This document shows positions 13,031 through 29,526 of a stretch of 64,000 bases of DNA, piece by piece. Within the stretch, counting starts at the first letter, position 1; every line of letters starts with the position of its first letter. Position numbers and translations under genes: made by a program. A model generated the notes under the pieces. The model did no database searches. It worked only from the letters and a program-made list of their open reading frames with translations, and had not been told where the DNA came from. Origin of the DNA: the human T2T-CHM13v2.0 reference genome, Homo sapiens. Location: the NCBI RefSeq assembly GCF_009914755.1, contig NC_060927.1; one strand, written 5' to 3'.

Positions 13031-15822
13031 TGCATTGTTAAACAATATTATATAAATGTTATATAAATATAAAAATAATATATTTTAACATATTAACTGA
13101 CCATGAAACTAAGGGTCCACACACTATTTCTCTGAGAGTGAGGCTTGGGCAGGGGGCAGTTCTTTTCAAAAAGGCAACCTCATGACCAACCTGGTGGCAT
13201 TCACCTCCAGCAATGACTCTTCAGCGGTTATAGGCCACTAGGAGAACCTAGTTGTCCTTTCAGCCAGGAAAATTCCCATACACATGAAAATTTTTGCATT
13301 CATTCCAGTAGTTCTAACACTCCCTGAAACACAATTCATGAAGTTACTGAGTTTCCAGAACCCTCAATAAATAATGTAGCACCAGAAAAAAAAAAAAATC
13401 ATGAGCCAAATCTTCAAAGGCAAGTCTTTTAGACTCTCACTCCTATTACCTGATATTAATTTTTACTGAATAGGAACCAAGTTGGCAGACTCAAGTGTAA
13501 AGAGCGAACCTGGTAAAAAAAAAAAAAAACACTTTTCTCTGTGATGGCATTTTTTTTCTCACTCCGATAGCTGACCAAATTTCATGCACCATTAATACTG
13601 TCCTAATCTTCCGCTGCCTGCAGCCTGCCAAGCCCACAGACAAGAGCCCTGCTGCTGTGACCTTCAGGTCGGTGGTCTTGTGTGCTTGTCAGTAAATCCA
13701 CATGGAGTCGTTTGTCAAACCCCTGCTGCCCTCAACACATTTCCTTCCCCCAAATGGATATCTACTGAGTACACTTAAGCCCTGCCCTCACATTGCCAAA
13801 GGGCCAGGTTGACTGAGGGATTTTTAAAATAATGTTTGCCCAGATAGTTTGATAGTGTGTGTAAACAGCCTGAATGTTTTGAGAGATGAGATTCTGATGT
13901 AGAAAAAACGGTGCATTTTCACTTGAAATGTCTGTGAAAACTGCTGTATCTTTCTGAAAATGTCAGCTTTAATTTAATCCTGACAATAAGAAGATAATCA
14001 ATAAATCTCAGATTCTCAGTATTTTGCTTCTGTCATCATTATCATCATCATTAGTATCATCATTCTGCTTCTTACCCATTTGTTCACCTCTCCCTCCCAT
14101 TCCACTCTCTGCCTTTCTCTATGCCCCCAGAGGCTGATTCCTACAGACCCCATCTCCCGGGCTCCCTCACCGCCAGTTTCCTGATTGGCTTAGTCAATTG
14201 GAGGCACAGGCTGCCGCTCAGAGCTTAGGGTGTTTCTTTTCCCTCCCTCCCTGCTTTGCTTGCATTTCTAAGAGTAGCTGCGTCCCTTCAATCACAGCTG
14301 CTGTGAAGCGGACCTGCTCCAAGAATTCAGCTCTCACTTGACTCTATAATATTTTCTCTCCTTGCCCCTCAGAACTAAGGTTGGTAACAGCTTCCCACTA
14401 TTGCTAATCTCTGGATGCTGCAGCACCTCTGCATAGTTTCCTGACCTTGCTCATTGCACATCCTTCTGTGAATGTCTCTGATACCATCATATCGAATATC
14501 ATCTTCTCTACGACTGTTATTTTATTGATTGCTCCTCACTGTACTGAGTGCCCCAAAACACAAACTCATTTAGCCTTGACAAAAATTCCAATGGGAAAGT
14601 ATTTCACAGATGAGAAAGCCAACTTAGCAGTTTTAAGGATCTTATTCCAGGTAACACAACTAGGAAGTGTCAGAGTCAGAATTCAAAGCCAGCTCTTCCA
14701 CTCCAAAGTCTGTATTTAACCACTGCCAACAACTCCGCAACACAGCCCACATAAGAATCACCCGAAGTGTTTGCTGAAAATCCAGATTTTGGGGGAGGAG
14801 CCAAGATGGCCGAATAGGAACAGCTCCAGTCTACAGCTCCCAGCGTGAGTGACGCAGAAGACAGGTGATTTCTGCATTTCCAACTGAGGTACCGGGTTCC
14901 TCTCACTGGGGAGTGCCAGACAGTAGGCGCAGGACAGTGGGTGCAGCACACTGTGCGCGAGCCGAAGCAGGGCGAGGCATCGCCTCACCAGGGAAGCGCA
15001 AGGGGTCAGGGAATTCCCTTTCCTAGTCAAAGAAAGGGGTGACAGACGGCACCTGGAAAATCGGGTCACTCCCACCCTAATACTCCCCTTTTCCAATGGG
15101 CTTAAAAAACGGCACACTAGATTATATCCCTCACCTGGCTCAGAAGGTTGTATGCCCACGGAGTCTCCCTCATTGCTAGCACACCAGTCCGAGATCAAAC
15201 TGCAAGGCGGCAGCGAGGCTGGGGGAGGGGCGCCCGACACTGCCTAGTTAGTTGTTTGATTAGGTAAACAAAGCGGCCTGGAAGCTCGAACTGGGTGGAG
15301 CCCACCACAGCTCAAGGAGGCCTGCCTGCCTCTATAGGCTCCACCTCTGCGGGCAGGGCACAGAGAAACAAAAAGACAGCAGTAACCTCTGCAGACTTAA
15401 ATGTCCCTGTCTGACAGCTTTGAAGAGAGTAGTGGTTCTCCCAGCATGCAGCTTGAGATCTGAGAACGGGCAGACTGCCTCCTCAAGTGGGTCCCTGACC
15501 CCCGAGTAGCCTAACTGGGAGGCACCCCCCAGTAGGGGCGGACTGACACCTTACACGGCTGGGTACTCCTCTGAGACAAAACTTCCAGAGGAATGATCAG
15601 GCAGCAGCATTTGCAGTTCACCAAAATCCACTGTTCTGCAGCCACTACTTCTGATACCCAGGCAAACAGTGTCTGGAGTGGACCTCTAGCAAACTCCAAC
15701 AGACCTGCAGCTGAGGGTCCTGTCTGTTAGAAGGAAAACTAAGAAACAGAAAGGACATCCACACCAAAAACCCATCTGTACGTCACCATCATCAAAGACC
15801 AAAGGTAGATAAAACCACAAAG

Positions 15823-16858
15823 ATGGGAAAAAAACAGAGCAGAAAAACTGGAAACTCTAAAAATCAGAGCGCCTCTCCTCCTCCAAAGAAACGCAGCTCC
15901 TCACCAGCAACGGAACAAAGCTGGACGGAGAATGACTTTGATGAGTTGAGAGAAGAAGGCTTCAGACCATCAAACTACTCCGAGCTACAGGAGGAAATTC
16001 GAACCAATGGCAAAGAAATTAAAAGCTTTGAAAAAAAATTAGACGAATGGATAACTAGAATGACGAATGGATAACTAGAATAACCAATGCAGAGAAGTCC
16101 TTAAAGGACCTGATGGAGCTGAAAACCAAGGCACGAGAGCTAAGTGACGAATGTATAAGCCTCAGTAGCCAATGCGATCAACTGGAAGAAAGGGTATCAG
16201 CAATGGAAGACGAAATGAATGAAATGAAGCGAGAAGAGAAGTTTAGAGAAAAAAGAATAAAAAGAAACAAACAAAGCCTCCAAGAAATATGGGACTATGT
16301 GAAAAGACCAAATCTACGTCAGATTGGTGTATCTGAAAGTCACGGGGAGAATAGAACCAAGTTGGAAAACACTCTTCAGTATATTATCCAGGAGAATTTC
16401 CCCAATCTAGCAAGGCAGGCTAACATTCAAATTCAGGAAATACAGAAAATGCCACAAAGATACTCCTCGAGAAGAGCAATTCCAAGACACATAATTGTCA
16501 GATTCACCAAAGTTGAAATGAAGGAAAAAATGTTAAGGGCAGCCAGAGAGAAAGGTCGGGTTACCCACAAAGGGAAGCCCATCAGACTAACAGCTGATCT
16601 CTTGGAAGAAACTCTACAAGCCAGAAGAGAGTGGGGACCAATATTCAACATTCTTAAAGAAAAGAATTTTCAACCCAGAATTTCATATCCAGCCAAATTA
16701 AGCTTCATAAGTGAAGGAGAAATAAAATCCTTTACAGACAAGCAAATGCTGAGAGATTTTGTCACCACCAGGCCTGCCCTAAAAGACTCCTGAAGGAAGC
16801 ACTAAACATGGAAAGGAACAACCAGTACCAGCCACTACAAAAACATGCCAAATTGTAA
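15823..16858 (+). pseudogene. L1 ORF1p, frameshifted
   Basis: Starts MGKKQSRKTGNSK. A 20-nt tandem duplication at 16042-16081 and a ~1-nt deletion near 16787 break the frame. Confidence 0.9.
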
Positions 16859-16921
16859 AGACCATCAAGGCTAGGAAGAAACTTCATCAACTAACGAGCA
16901 AAATAACCAGCTGACATCATA

Positions 16922-20738
<3,817 letters not shown>

Positions 20739-21549
20739 ACAATGAGAACACATGGACATAGGAAGGGGAACATCACACACCGGGGCCTGTTGTGGGGTGG
20801 GGGGCGGGGGGAGGGGTAGCATTAGGAGATATACCTAATGCTAAATGACAAGTTAATGGGTGCAGCACACCAACATGGCACATGTATACATGTGTAACAA
20901 ACCTGCACATTGTGCACATGTACCCTAAAACTTAAAGTATAATAATAATAAAATAAAATAAATTAAAAAAAAAAAGAAAATCCAGATTTTGGGAAACTTG
21001 CCCAGACTGCCCCTTCTGAGGAAGCCATCTCTAGGGTCTCACTTGAGCAGTGAGAGTGGCTCGGGGTCATCACGTGACCCACAGGAGCTAATTGCATGGG
21101 GTAACTGACTACCTATGGGGTGAACTGGCACTAAAACTCTGACCAGCATGGGCAATGGTAATTAGTAAGACCAGTCAAACTTTCCCCTGTATCCCAAATT
21201 TGAATTGAAAATGCTAAGGAAATTAATGAAGAGGTAGAGGGAACAAAAAAAAGAAAACCCATAAAGAGAAGCAGGCAATGGGAGAGTGACACACATGGTC
21301 ATTTGATGGTGGAGCAGTGACCAGTGAAGCAGCAGTAAGATGGCAGAGACCCTGGAGCCTATCATAGCTTGAATAGTGATTATCCTTAGCTTCTCTTGAG
21401 AATTCTAGCTCCTCTCACGCATCAGCTCATCAGTGACTTAGGCAATTGTTTGACATGTCTTTCCTGAACCTGACTCATTTCGCTGAGCTGATACAACCTC
21501 TCGTTTTTACAGAAAGTGCTCTAAGCTACCACAAGAGAAATAGCCTCCC

Positions 21550-22169
21550 TATCGGCCTTCCTATATTTACTCTGTCCACCTCTCTAAACCATTATTCACT
21601 TTGAAGTTGGGGTGATCTCTCAAAAATGTAAATTTAACTTCATTAACCTCCTTGCTTAAAATACACAAATGGCTTCCTATTCTTTTGACATACAGTAAAA
21701 AATCCCTACAGTAACCTAAAAGTTCCTGCATGGCCTGGCCACTGAGTCTGCTCTTTAGCCTCAGCTTGAGACACACGCCCCCGATCTCTTTGGTTCAGTC
21801 ACGCTGGCTTTCCTTCAGTCCCTTTTGATCACCACATTCCCTCCTGCCCCAGGGCTCAGCGCAGGCTATTCCTTCTGTCTACAATATGGATCCCTTATCC
21901 TTTCACCTAGTTAACACCTACTCATCATCAAGCATCACTTCCCCAGGGATGCCTCGCTGACCTCCCTGACTGATGTCAATCTCATGGCATCTGCCTTGCA
22001 TAGTACTGTTCACAGGTGTGACTTTTTGTGCAATTACTTGATTAATATCAGTCATTCCCACTAAACTCCCTAAGACCAGGGTCTACATCTGATTTTGCTC
22101 ACTGTTGTTTCCCCAGCACCTTGTACAGTGCCATGCTAACAGTAGGCATGAAAATATTTATTGAATGAT

Positions 22170-22170
<1 letters not shown>
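21550..22170 (+). mobile_element. L2 3' fragment abutting the SNTN promoter
   Basis: L2-like body ending in AAATATTTATTGAATGA. Confidence 0.65.
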
Positions 22171-22457
<287 letters not shown>

Positions 22458-24384
22458 TAAGCTTGCAGATATATTTCCAAAGAGTTTATGTCAACAGCTT
22501 TATAAGCCAAGTTATTGCCAGTTTGGTGCCTATTACCTACCCTAATCCGGCTTTAAATTGACTTGGAAAAACAAAGACAACAAACTTGCAGCCTTGACTG
22601 CAAAGTGAAAAGATGGTGCAATTAATGCAAATATCTTTGATTGCCTCTTGAGAAACATTTGTAAATCAAAATTGGTGATGACTTAACTGTGTAGCATATT
22701 CTCTCAAATTATGCACAACAGAGAGAAATTGTTTTATATTATTCAAATGTGTAAAGTTATGTTTAATAAGTGAAAAATGTTCTTTCTCATATAATTTCAT
22801 TTAGGAGACTGGCTTTAGTTTCAAAAACCTTTTGTGGACACCTAGCAAGTTCTAGGTAGTCTGCGAGGGCAGGGGAAGGAGATATGGATATGAACTGCAT
22901 GGTTCTTTCTTCTCAAGGGTCTCACAGACCCTTGAGACCCTTCTCAATCATGGCAATAGAAAGAAATACATGCCATGTTACCAGTGCACATTGTGCAAAG
23001 TGAAACGTCCTTCATCTTATAAAGGAAATAATAATGGTGCAGAGGTTGTAGAAGAGCAGGAGGCACTCACCAAGAAGACCACGAAGGGTTCGAGATAACA
23101 CAGGGTCCAGCTTTGTAATGTTACAAGTGAAAAAAATGAGGAACCCCTAAAGACAAAGTTCCCTCAAGTAGTTAATGCCAAAACCAGATCCTGAACCCAA
23201 AAGTTCCTTTTAAGGAGTTATCCAAGGTACTACCAAATTCTATTATCCTTACTGGCTTTCTCAAAAAACACTCCAGCCATTGGGGGTTGAAAAATCAAGC
23301 AAACTTTGATTTGCTGTTTATAAGAGAGCAAGATACAACTTCCTGCCTCCAATTTGTCCCCTTTTCTATCTACTTCTGATATAACCATGAAATAATTTCC
23401 TAAAATGCAAATCTGATCATGTGATTCCTGTTGCCCTTAGGATAATAACTGGCATCCTCCATAAGGCCTCCAAGGCTCAATATGCCCTGGCCCTGCCTGG
23501 CCTTTAACCACTATCTCCTTCTTTCTCTAGGTGCCACCCACACTATACCTCCTCTGGTTCTTCAATCATACGGTGATTTCTGCCACATCAGGCCTCAACA
23601 CATAAGTTTCCTCTGCATGGAACACGCTTCCTCCTTCTTCACTACTGATTCATTAGGCTCAGGCAGAGTGCCATTACCCTCACTGTAGACTAGGTTATTA
23701 CCTCTTTGCCCTCTCTATGTGCTCTGCCATTACTTTTTATCGAGTTACCTGCCTAGCAACTGTCTTCTTTTCTAGACTTAGCCCCAAGAGGGTAGGAATG
23801 TCTCTATCAGTCACTCATGCATCCCACACCTCAGCATAATACCCAGATTCTTAGTTAGGAAGGCTAAGCTGCTGGAACAAAAAAACTTCAAAGTCTGAGC
23901 ATTTTACAGAATGCGAAGTCCTTTTTTCTTTGCCATGTGACAGTCCAGAGTGGGAGTTCCAGGTCTGTGACTGTTTTACTCCATGCAGTCACGTGAGACA
24001 CAGGATGATCAGCATGTGGCTTCTAAAGTCTTCCTGATAATTTCCACCTTAGTCAGCTTGAATGGGGAAAACCATGGAGGAGCTTACATGGAAGGTATTC
24101 ACTTCTCTTCTGCTCCATTTCCGTCTGGAGGAACTTAGTCACATAGCTGCAAAACTACAAGGAAGACTGATATAGGTGGGTAGCTGGCCAGCCATGTGCA
24201 GGCATTTCTTTACTATGTGGCAGGGAGAAAAAGGATTTTGAAACACAGATGGCTGCTCCACTAAAATCTCAGAGAATGTTTACCAAAATAAACAATTTTT
24301 AAATCATTATATTGCTCTGCTATAGATGCTGATATCAATACCCCAACTCCCAGAATCATTCTGTTTCTTTCATTTTGTTGGCAG

Positions 24385-24419
24385 GATTTCAATATCCAAA
24401 CAACTGGCTTCAGTGAAAG
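24385..24419 (+). CDS. SNTN: SNTN coding exon 2, 35 nt (R-ISISKQLASVK-A)
   Basis: Acceptor ttcattttgttggcag|G and donor AAG|gtaagg. Phases fit exons 1 and 3. The peptide is visible inside ORF-track entry 24326..24595. Confidence 0.93.
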
Positions 24420-26001
24420 GTAAGGCACAGATGACGCAGATGTACATTTTTCTCCTCTACCAAGATGGCATGCCAAGTGTTAAAAAAAATAATAGGACAT
24501 CAAAGAATGCCAGAGATGTAAGGGAACTTTTGAATAAATCATCAAACATTCATGATGTTCTTTTTAAAGATGTGGGAACTGAAGTCCCGGAGTAGGAATT
24601 AACTTACCTAAACTTACACAGTTCATTAAAGACAGAGCTGAGATGAGACCATGGATCCCCTGGCTCCTAATTCAGTGTTCTTCCCACCATATCCAGTTGC
24701 GTCTCCAAGGGCAGCATCCTTAGAATGTCTAGAGCAGGACCATGAGTATCTGACTCATGAATGTTAAGTGGAACTCAGGATGCAATCAGCTCCCAACTGC
24801 CTCTGTTGACTGAGTGGAAACAGTGTGGCCACCTCTCGAAGTGTAAATATTTGCCCCTGGAAATCAATTGCATAGGTAAAATAAGTTTGGGACTAACAAC
24901 ATTGCCATGGAAATAACAATGTAAGAAAAAAATGCTTGTATACTTGGATCATTCTTTTATTCAAAAGTATAAGGCTTCACCTGTTTACAGAGTAACAAGC
25001 ACAGCTGTACATTACTATATTGCAGGTTTTTCCCTCCTAGATGACTAGCCAAACTCTCCAAAAGAGACTCTGTAATTTTATTTAAATAAATCTCCATCTT
25101 CATGGAACTATTTTTATATTATTACAACACAGCAGACTGGTGATTTATGTTTCAATAATTTACACAACTTCAGGCACTTTTGAGAATTGTCCCATCACAT
25201 GTCTAACATAACTTCTCCTTCTGGGAGGTTGAGATTGTAACTCGGTCACCTCCACCACACACCCACCCCTGCCCACGTACACAACATTCCTAGCACCAGA
25301 CTCCTTAAATCGGACCACTGAACCACATTTATTCTTATGCCTTAAAAAAAACACAGGATAAACATGATTCATCTCCCCAGAATGTATTTTATTTAGTGGG
25401 AAGTAATTCTAAATGTTATTCATCAAAATCAGACATGGATAGGTCGTGACATAGAAGTCAATACAAACCCACATTTTCTCTGCTGGCTACTTGGGCCTAT
25501 GCCCCAATCTCATGAGGATTAGGAATGCAGGGTGAGTATATATTTGCCTCTAACACCCAGGGTATTTTTGCAGTGGGAAAATTTGAGAACCACTGGGAAA
25601 ATTACTGGCCTAAAAAGTAGACAGCAGGGACCTAGTTTTTAGTTCTGATATATACTACCTATGTGAGCTTGAGCAAACAACTTCTCTCCTGTAGGTCTTC
25701 ACATCATTCACAAAAATAACTGATATTAGGACAAGTTCTAAAATGAGGAGATTCTTTCATTCTTCTGTATTGAGACTGGTATTTCCATGACACCATTCAA
25801 TGTGAACTGACAGTGAACGAATTAGGAGATTTAGTGTTCCACATTCCAGAGCAGGTGAGGAGGAAGAGGCAGAGGATTTTTCTGAAGTTCAAAACAGCCC
25901 AGTTTAACACATGTATAGTGAAGCCTACAACATGCCAGGGCCTGGGAATGAATGCAAAGATAAACAAGAGGCAATAACTGTCCACAAAGAATATATAGTC
26001 C

Positions 26002-26309
26002 AATGTGCTATACAGTATAGCAGCCACCAGCTTCATGTAGATACTGAGCACTTGAAATTTGGTTAATTTGAATTGAGATGTGTTAAGACTTAGGAGACTT
26101 AGTAGGAAAAAAAATGTAAAATATCCCAATAATTTGTTTATATTGATGACATGTTGAAATGATAATATTTTAATATATTGGCTTCAGTAAAATAGATTAT
26201 TAAAATTAACTTTTACCTGTTTATTTTTACTTCTTTAAAGTGGCCATCTATCAGAAATTTTAAAATTATGATTGTGGCTCAAATTATTTTTGGTGGGGGT
26301 ACAGCACTG
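26002..26309. mobile_element. hAT-Charlie MITE (MER3/MER33-like) in SNTN intron 2
   Basis: AGCCACCAGCTTCATGTAG...TGAGCACTTGAAAT...ACAGCACTG. Confidence 0.7.
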
Positions 26310-28177
26310 ATGTAGAAGATAATATAAACAGAGTGTTTCAGTTTGAAGATTATGAAAAGATTATGTTTAAGAATTACAGAAGCACAAAGGAAGGACATGT
26401 AGCCCCACCTGGGAGTTTGGGAAAGAGTCCTGCAAAATACACTGCCTGAAAACACAACACCTAGAGGCAGCGTGCATCTTGGAGTGAAACCAGAGCAGTT
26501 GTGTGGGCAAGCTATAATACTTAGCCTCTTGCTGTCTCCGTTTCTTCATCGATAGAGTGGGGGTTGATACTAAGACATACCTCATCGGACTGACATCAGA
26601 ATGTAGTGAGTTCAGTCATGTGCATTCATCCCAGGGAGGAGTCATTGGCATGTAGAATGTGTGTCATATATTATTGTCCACCAGAACACAAGCTCCAAAA
26701 AGTCAGAGTTTGTTCTTTTGATGTTGCTCACTGCCCTACGCCCCAGAACTATCACAGGGCCTGGTAATAAATACTTGCCAATAAATACTTGTTGGATGGA
26801 TAGAGTATGCAGCGACTACACACAGTTCAGTATTATTAAAGTACTGACAGTGAGCTAGGGAATAACAAAGAGGGCAGCAGAAATCGGCCTGGCTTAATGT
26901 CTTTCCCTGCACCCCCATTCCAGAGGCAAGAGAGCCAATAAAAGATGCCAAAAGAGAAAGAGCAGTCCCTTGTGTTTTCAGTTGCACTTAGCCCTTTACA
27001 ATATGCTTTCACATACTAGTTCCCAACTCTGCGAGGCAGACAGTGAAGGAATTAAGAGGCAGCATGCTGGGTTTATTAAGGGAAGAATCCAACCATAAAA
27101 ACAGGAAACTAAAACGCCTCACCGAATATCATCAGTGTTATTAGAACAACCAGAGTTCCTCGTTATCTTTTATTTTTAATATTTTCTAGCTCTGTTTTTA
27201 CCATGGCCATATGCTATTTTATAGTGAAGGGAAAGGCATGCTGTTTTTTAAAAGAGATGCAGGAAAAGAATGGGAAGTTGGCTAGACCAGATGGAGTTCC
27301 CATTTCAGAGTGCAGTCAGACCTGAACTTCATCAGAGGGTCAAAAAATATCTGGATTCCACAATCACGATGGGGATGCCCTTGCAAGAAGATACTCCTAA
27401 GTGGCTAATCTTTCTATGGACTTTGAAGTCAAAGATTTCATATACTTTCTTTGCGACTTCTTAGCAATGTGAACTTTATTTAACCAAATATATAGCCTGG
27501 GCACTGCTCAGAGATACAATAAAAACTGAGAAGGCCCACACACTTCCTCCTTTCACCCACTTGTCTTCACTCTTGTCCATCCTCCTCACCTTTAACTGAA
27601 AAATTAGTTGCTCAAAATGCTTTGATGCCTTCTCTTTCCACTTTGAAGAAAATCCTGATTCCTTTACACGGCCTACAAGTCCTGCATGATCTAGCTTTTG
27701 CCTACAAACACCCTTCCAGCCCCTAGACTCTACTCACAACTGTCTTCTTTCAGAAATCTGCCAAATATGTCAGATTTCTTCTGACCTGAGACTTCACGTA
27801 TCCAGCTTCCCAAGCCTGGAACATTCAGCAAATTCCTAATCTCACCCTGAACCTCACCCTTTTCGTGGCTGGCTCCTCCTCATCCTAGTAATCTTAGCTT
27901 AAATATTAATCTACTCACGGAGGCCTTCCAGACCACCCATCTAAGTAGTTTTCCTCCCAGACCCACTCTGTAATTTTTTTCCTGTCTCTGTACCTTCCTT
28001 GCCTCATACATCACAAGTTGTAAATATATATATATATATGTAAAATATATATAAGTGGACAAATAACATACAATAACAGAAAAAATAAATACATGTGTAT
28101 ACCTATACATACTCTTGATTATTATTGATTTCTTTGCTAGATCGTAAGATCTATGAGAGCAGAAACCACATCTGAGG

Positions 28178-28316
28178 TTTTTTAATTAAAAAAAAAATAG
28201 GGACAAGGGTCTTGCTATGTTGACCAGGCTGGTCTCAAACTCCTGGCCTCTAGCAATCATCCCATCTCGGCCTTCCAAAGTGCTGGGATTACAGGCATGA
28301 GATCCAGTGCCTGGCC
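28178..28316 (-). mobile_element. Alu monomer (FLAM-like)
   Basis: Single Alu arm with TSD CCACATCTG at 28166-28174 and 28317-28325. Confidence 0.8.
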
Positions 28317-29241
28317 CCACATCTGGTCTTGTCCGCTCTGTATTCTGGGAAGTAACAGGCACTTAGTAAGCACTCAATATGAAAATCATGTTATTCGGAC
28401 TGAACATCATTCTTTGAAATGGTCATTGTTGCACATTACCTGGACTGAAAGCTGGGACATTTTGTTCTTATTTTCTTCGGATTCATTCATTTAACAGCAT
28501 TTATTAGCACCTACAATGTAGCAGACATTTGTACTGTCACTGGGAATACAGTGATTTTAAGAAAAAAGGTCTGATCCCTGGCCCATGGAGACTGCTTTCT
28601 AGTTGAGGAAAGGACAGATAAACATGTAATACCTGTAAAGGGTGATAAGTTCTACACTAGGGGATGTATTGGTGACTAAAAGAACACAAAGCATACGAAT
28701 TTTCTTCATGGTAACTTGTACATTTCCCTGTGTTCACAGCAGCACAGTGGAAAGAAACGAATTAGCATTGCCCTATCAAGAAGCTTACCTGAGAGAAACC
28801 AGCTGGGAGATCACTCTGTTTTAGGCCACGAGTCAAAGAGAACCCTTATTCATCATTATAGCAAAGAGCTTTTCCTGAAAGTCATTCTCCTTTCTCATAC
28901 TGACACGAAGTGATGCTGTGTCTGACACAGAATATAAATTCCACAAGAGTAGGACTTCATTTTATTCAGTGATTCCTAATATCAAGGACTGAGCCTCGTC
29001 CATAGTACATGCTCTATCAATATTTGTTGAATAACTGAATGAAATTACAGATCAGAAAACCAAAGCTTAGAGAGGTGAGAGACTTTTCTAAGGTCACATG
29101 GCAAGCAAGTGGTAAATCTCATATCTAACTCTACTAATTCTAATTGCTATTAAGGGACCTTTGTTCTCCGTTGTTTAAAGATGCAGGATCGGAAACTCCC
29201 ACATCCTTCTCCCAGATAGGAGGCAAAGGGCCAAGATTTAG

Positions 29242-29526
<285 letters not shown>

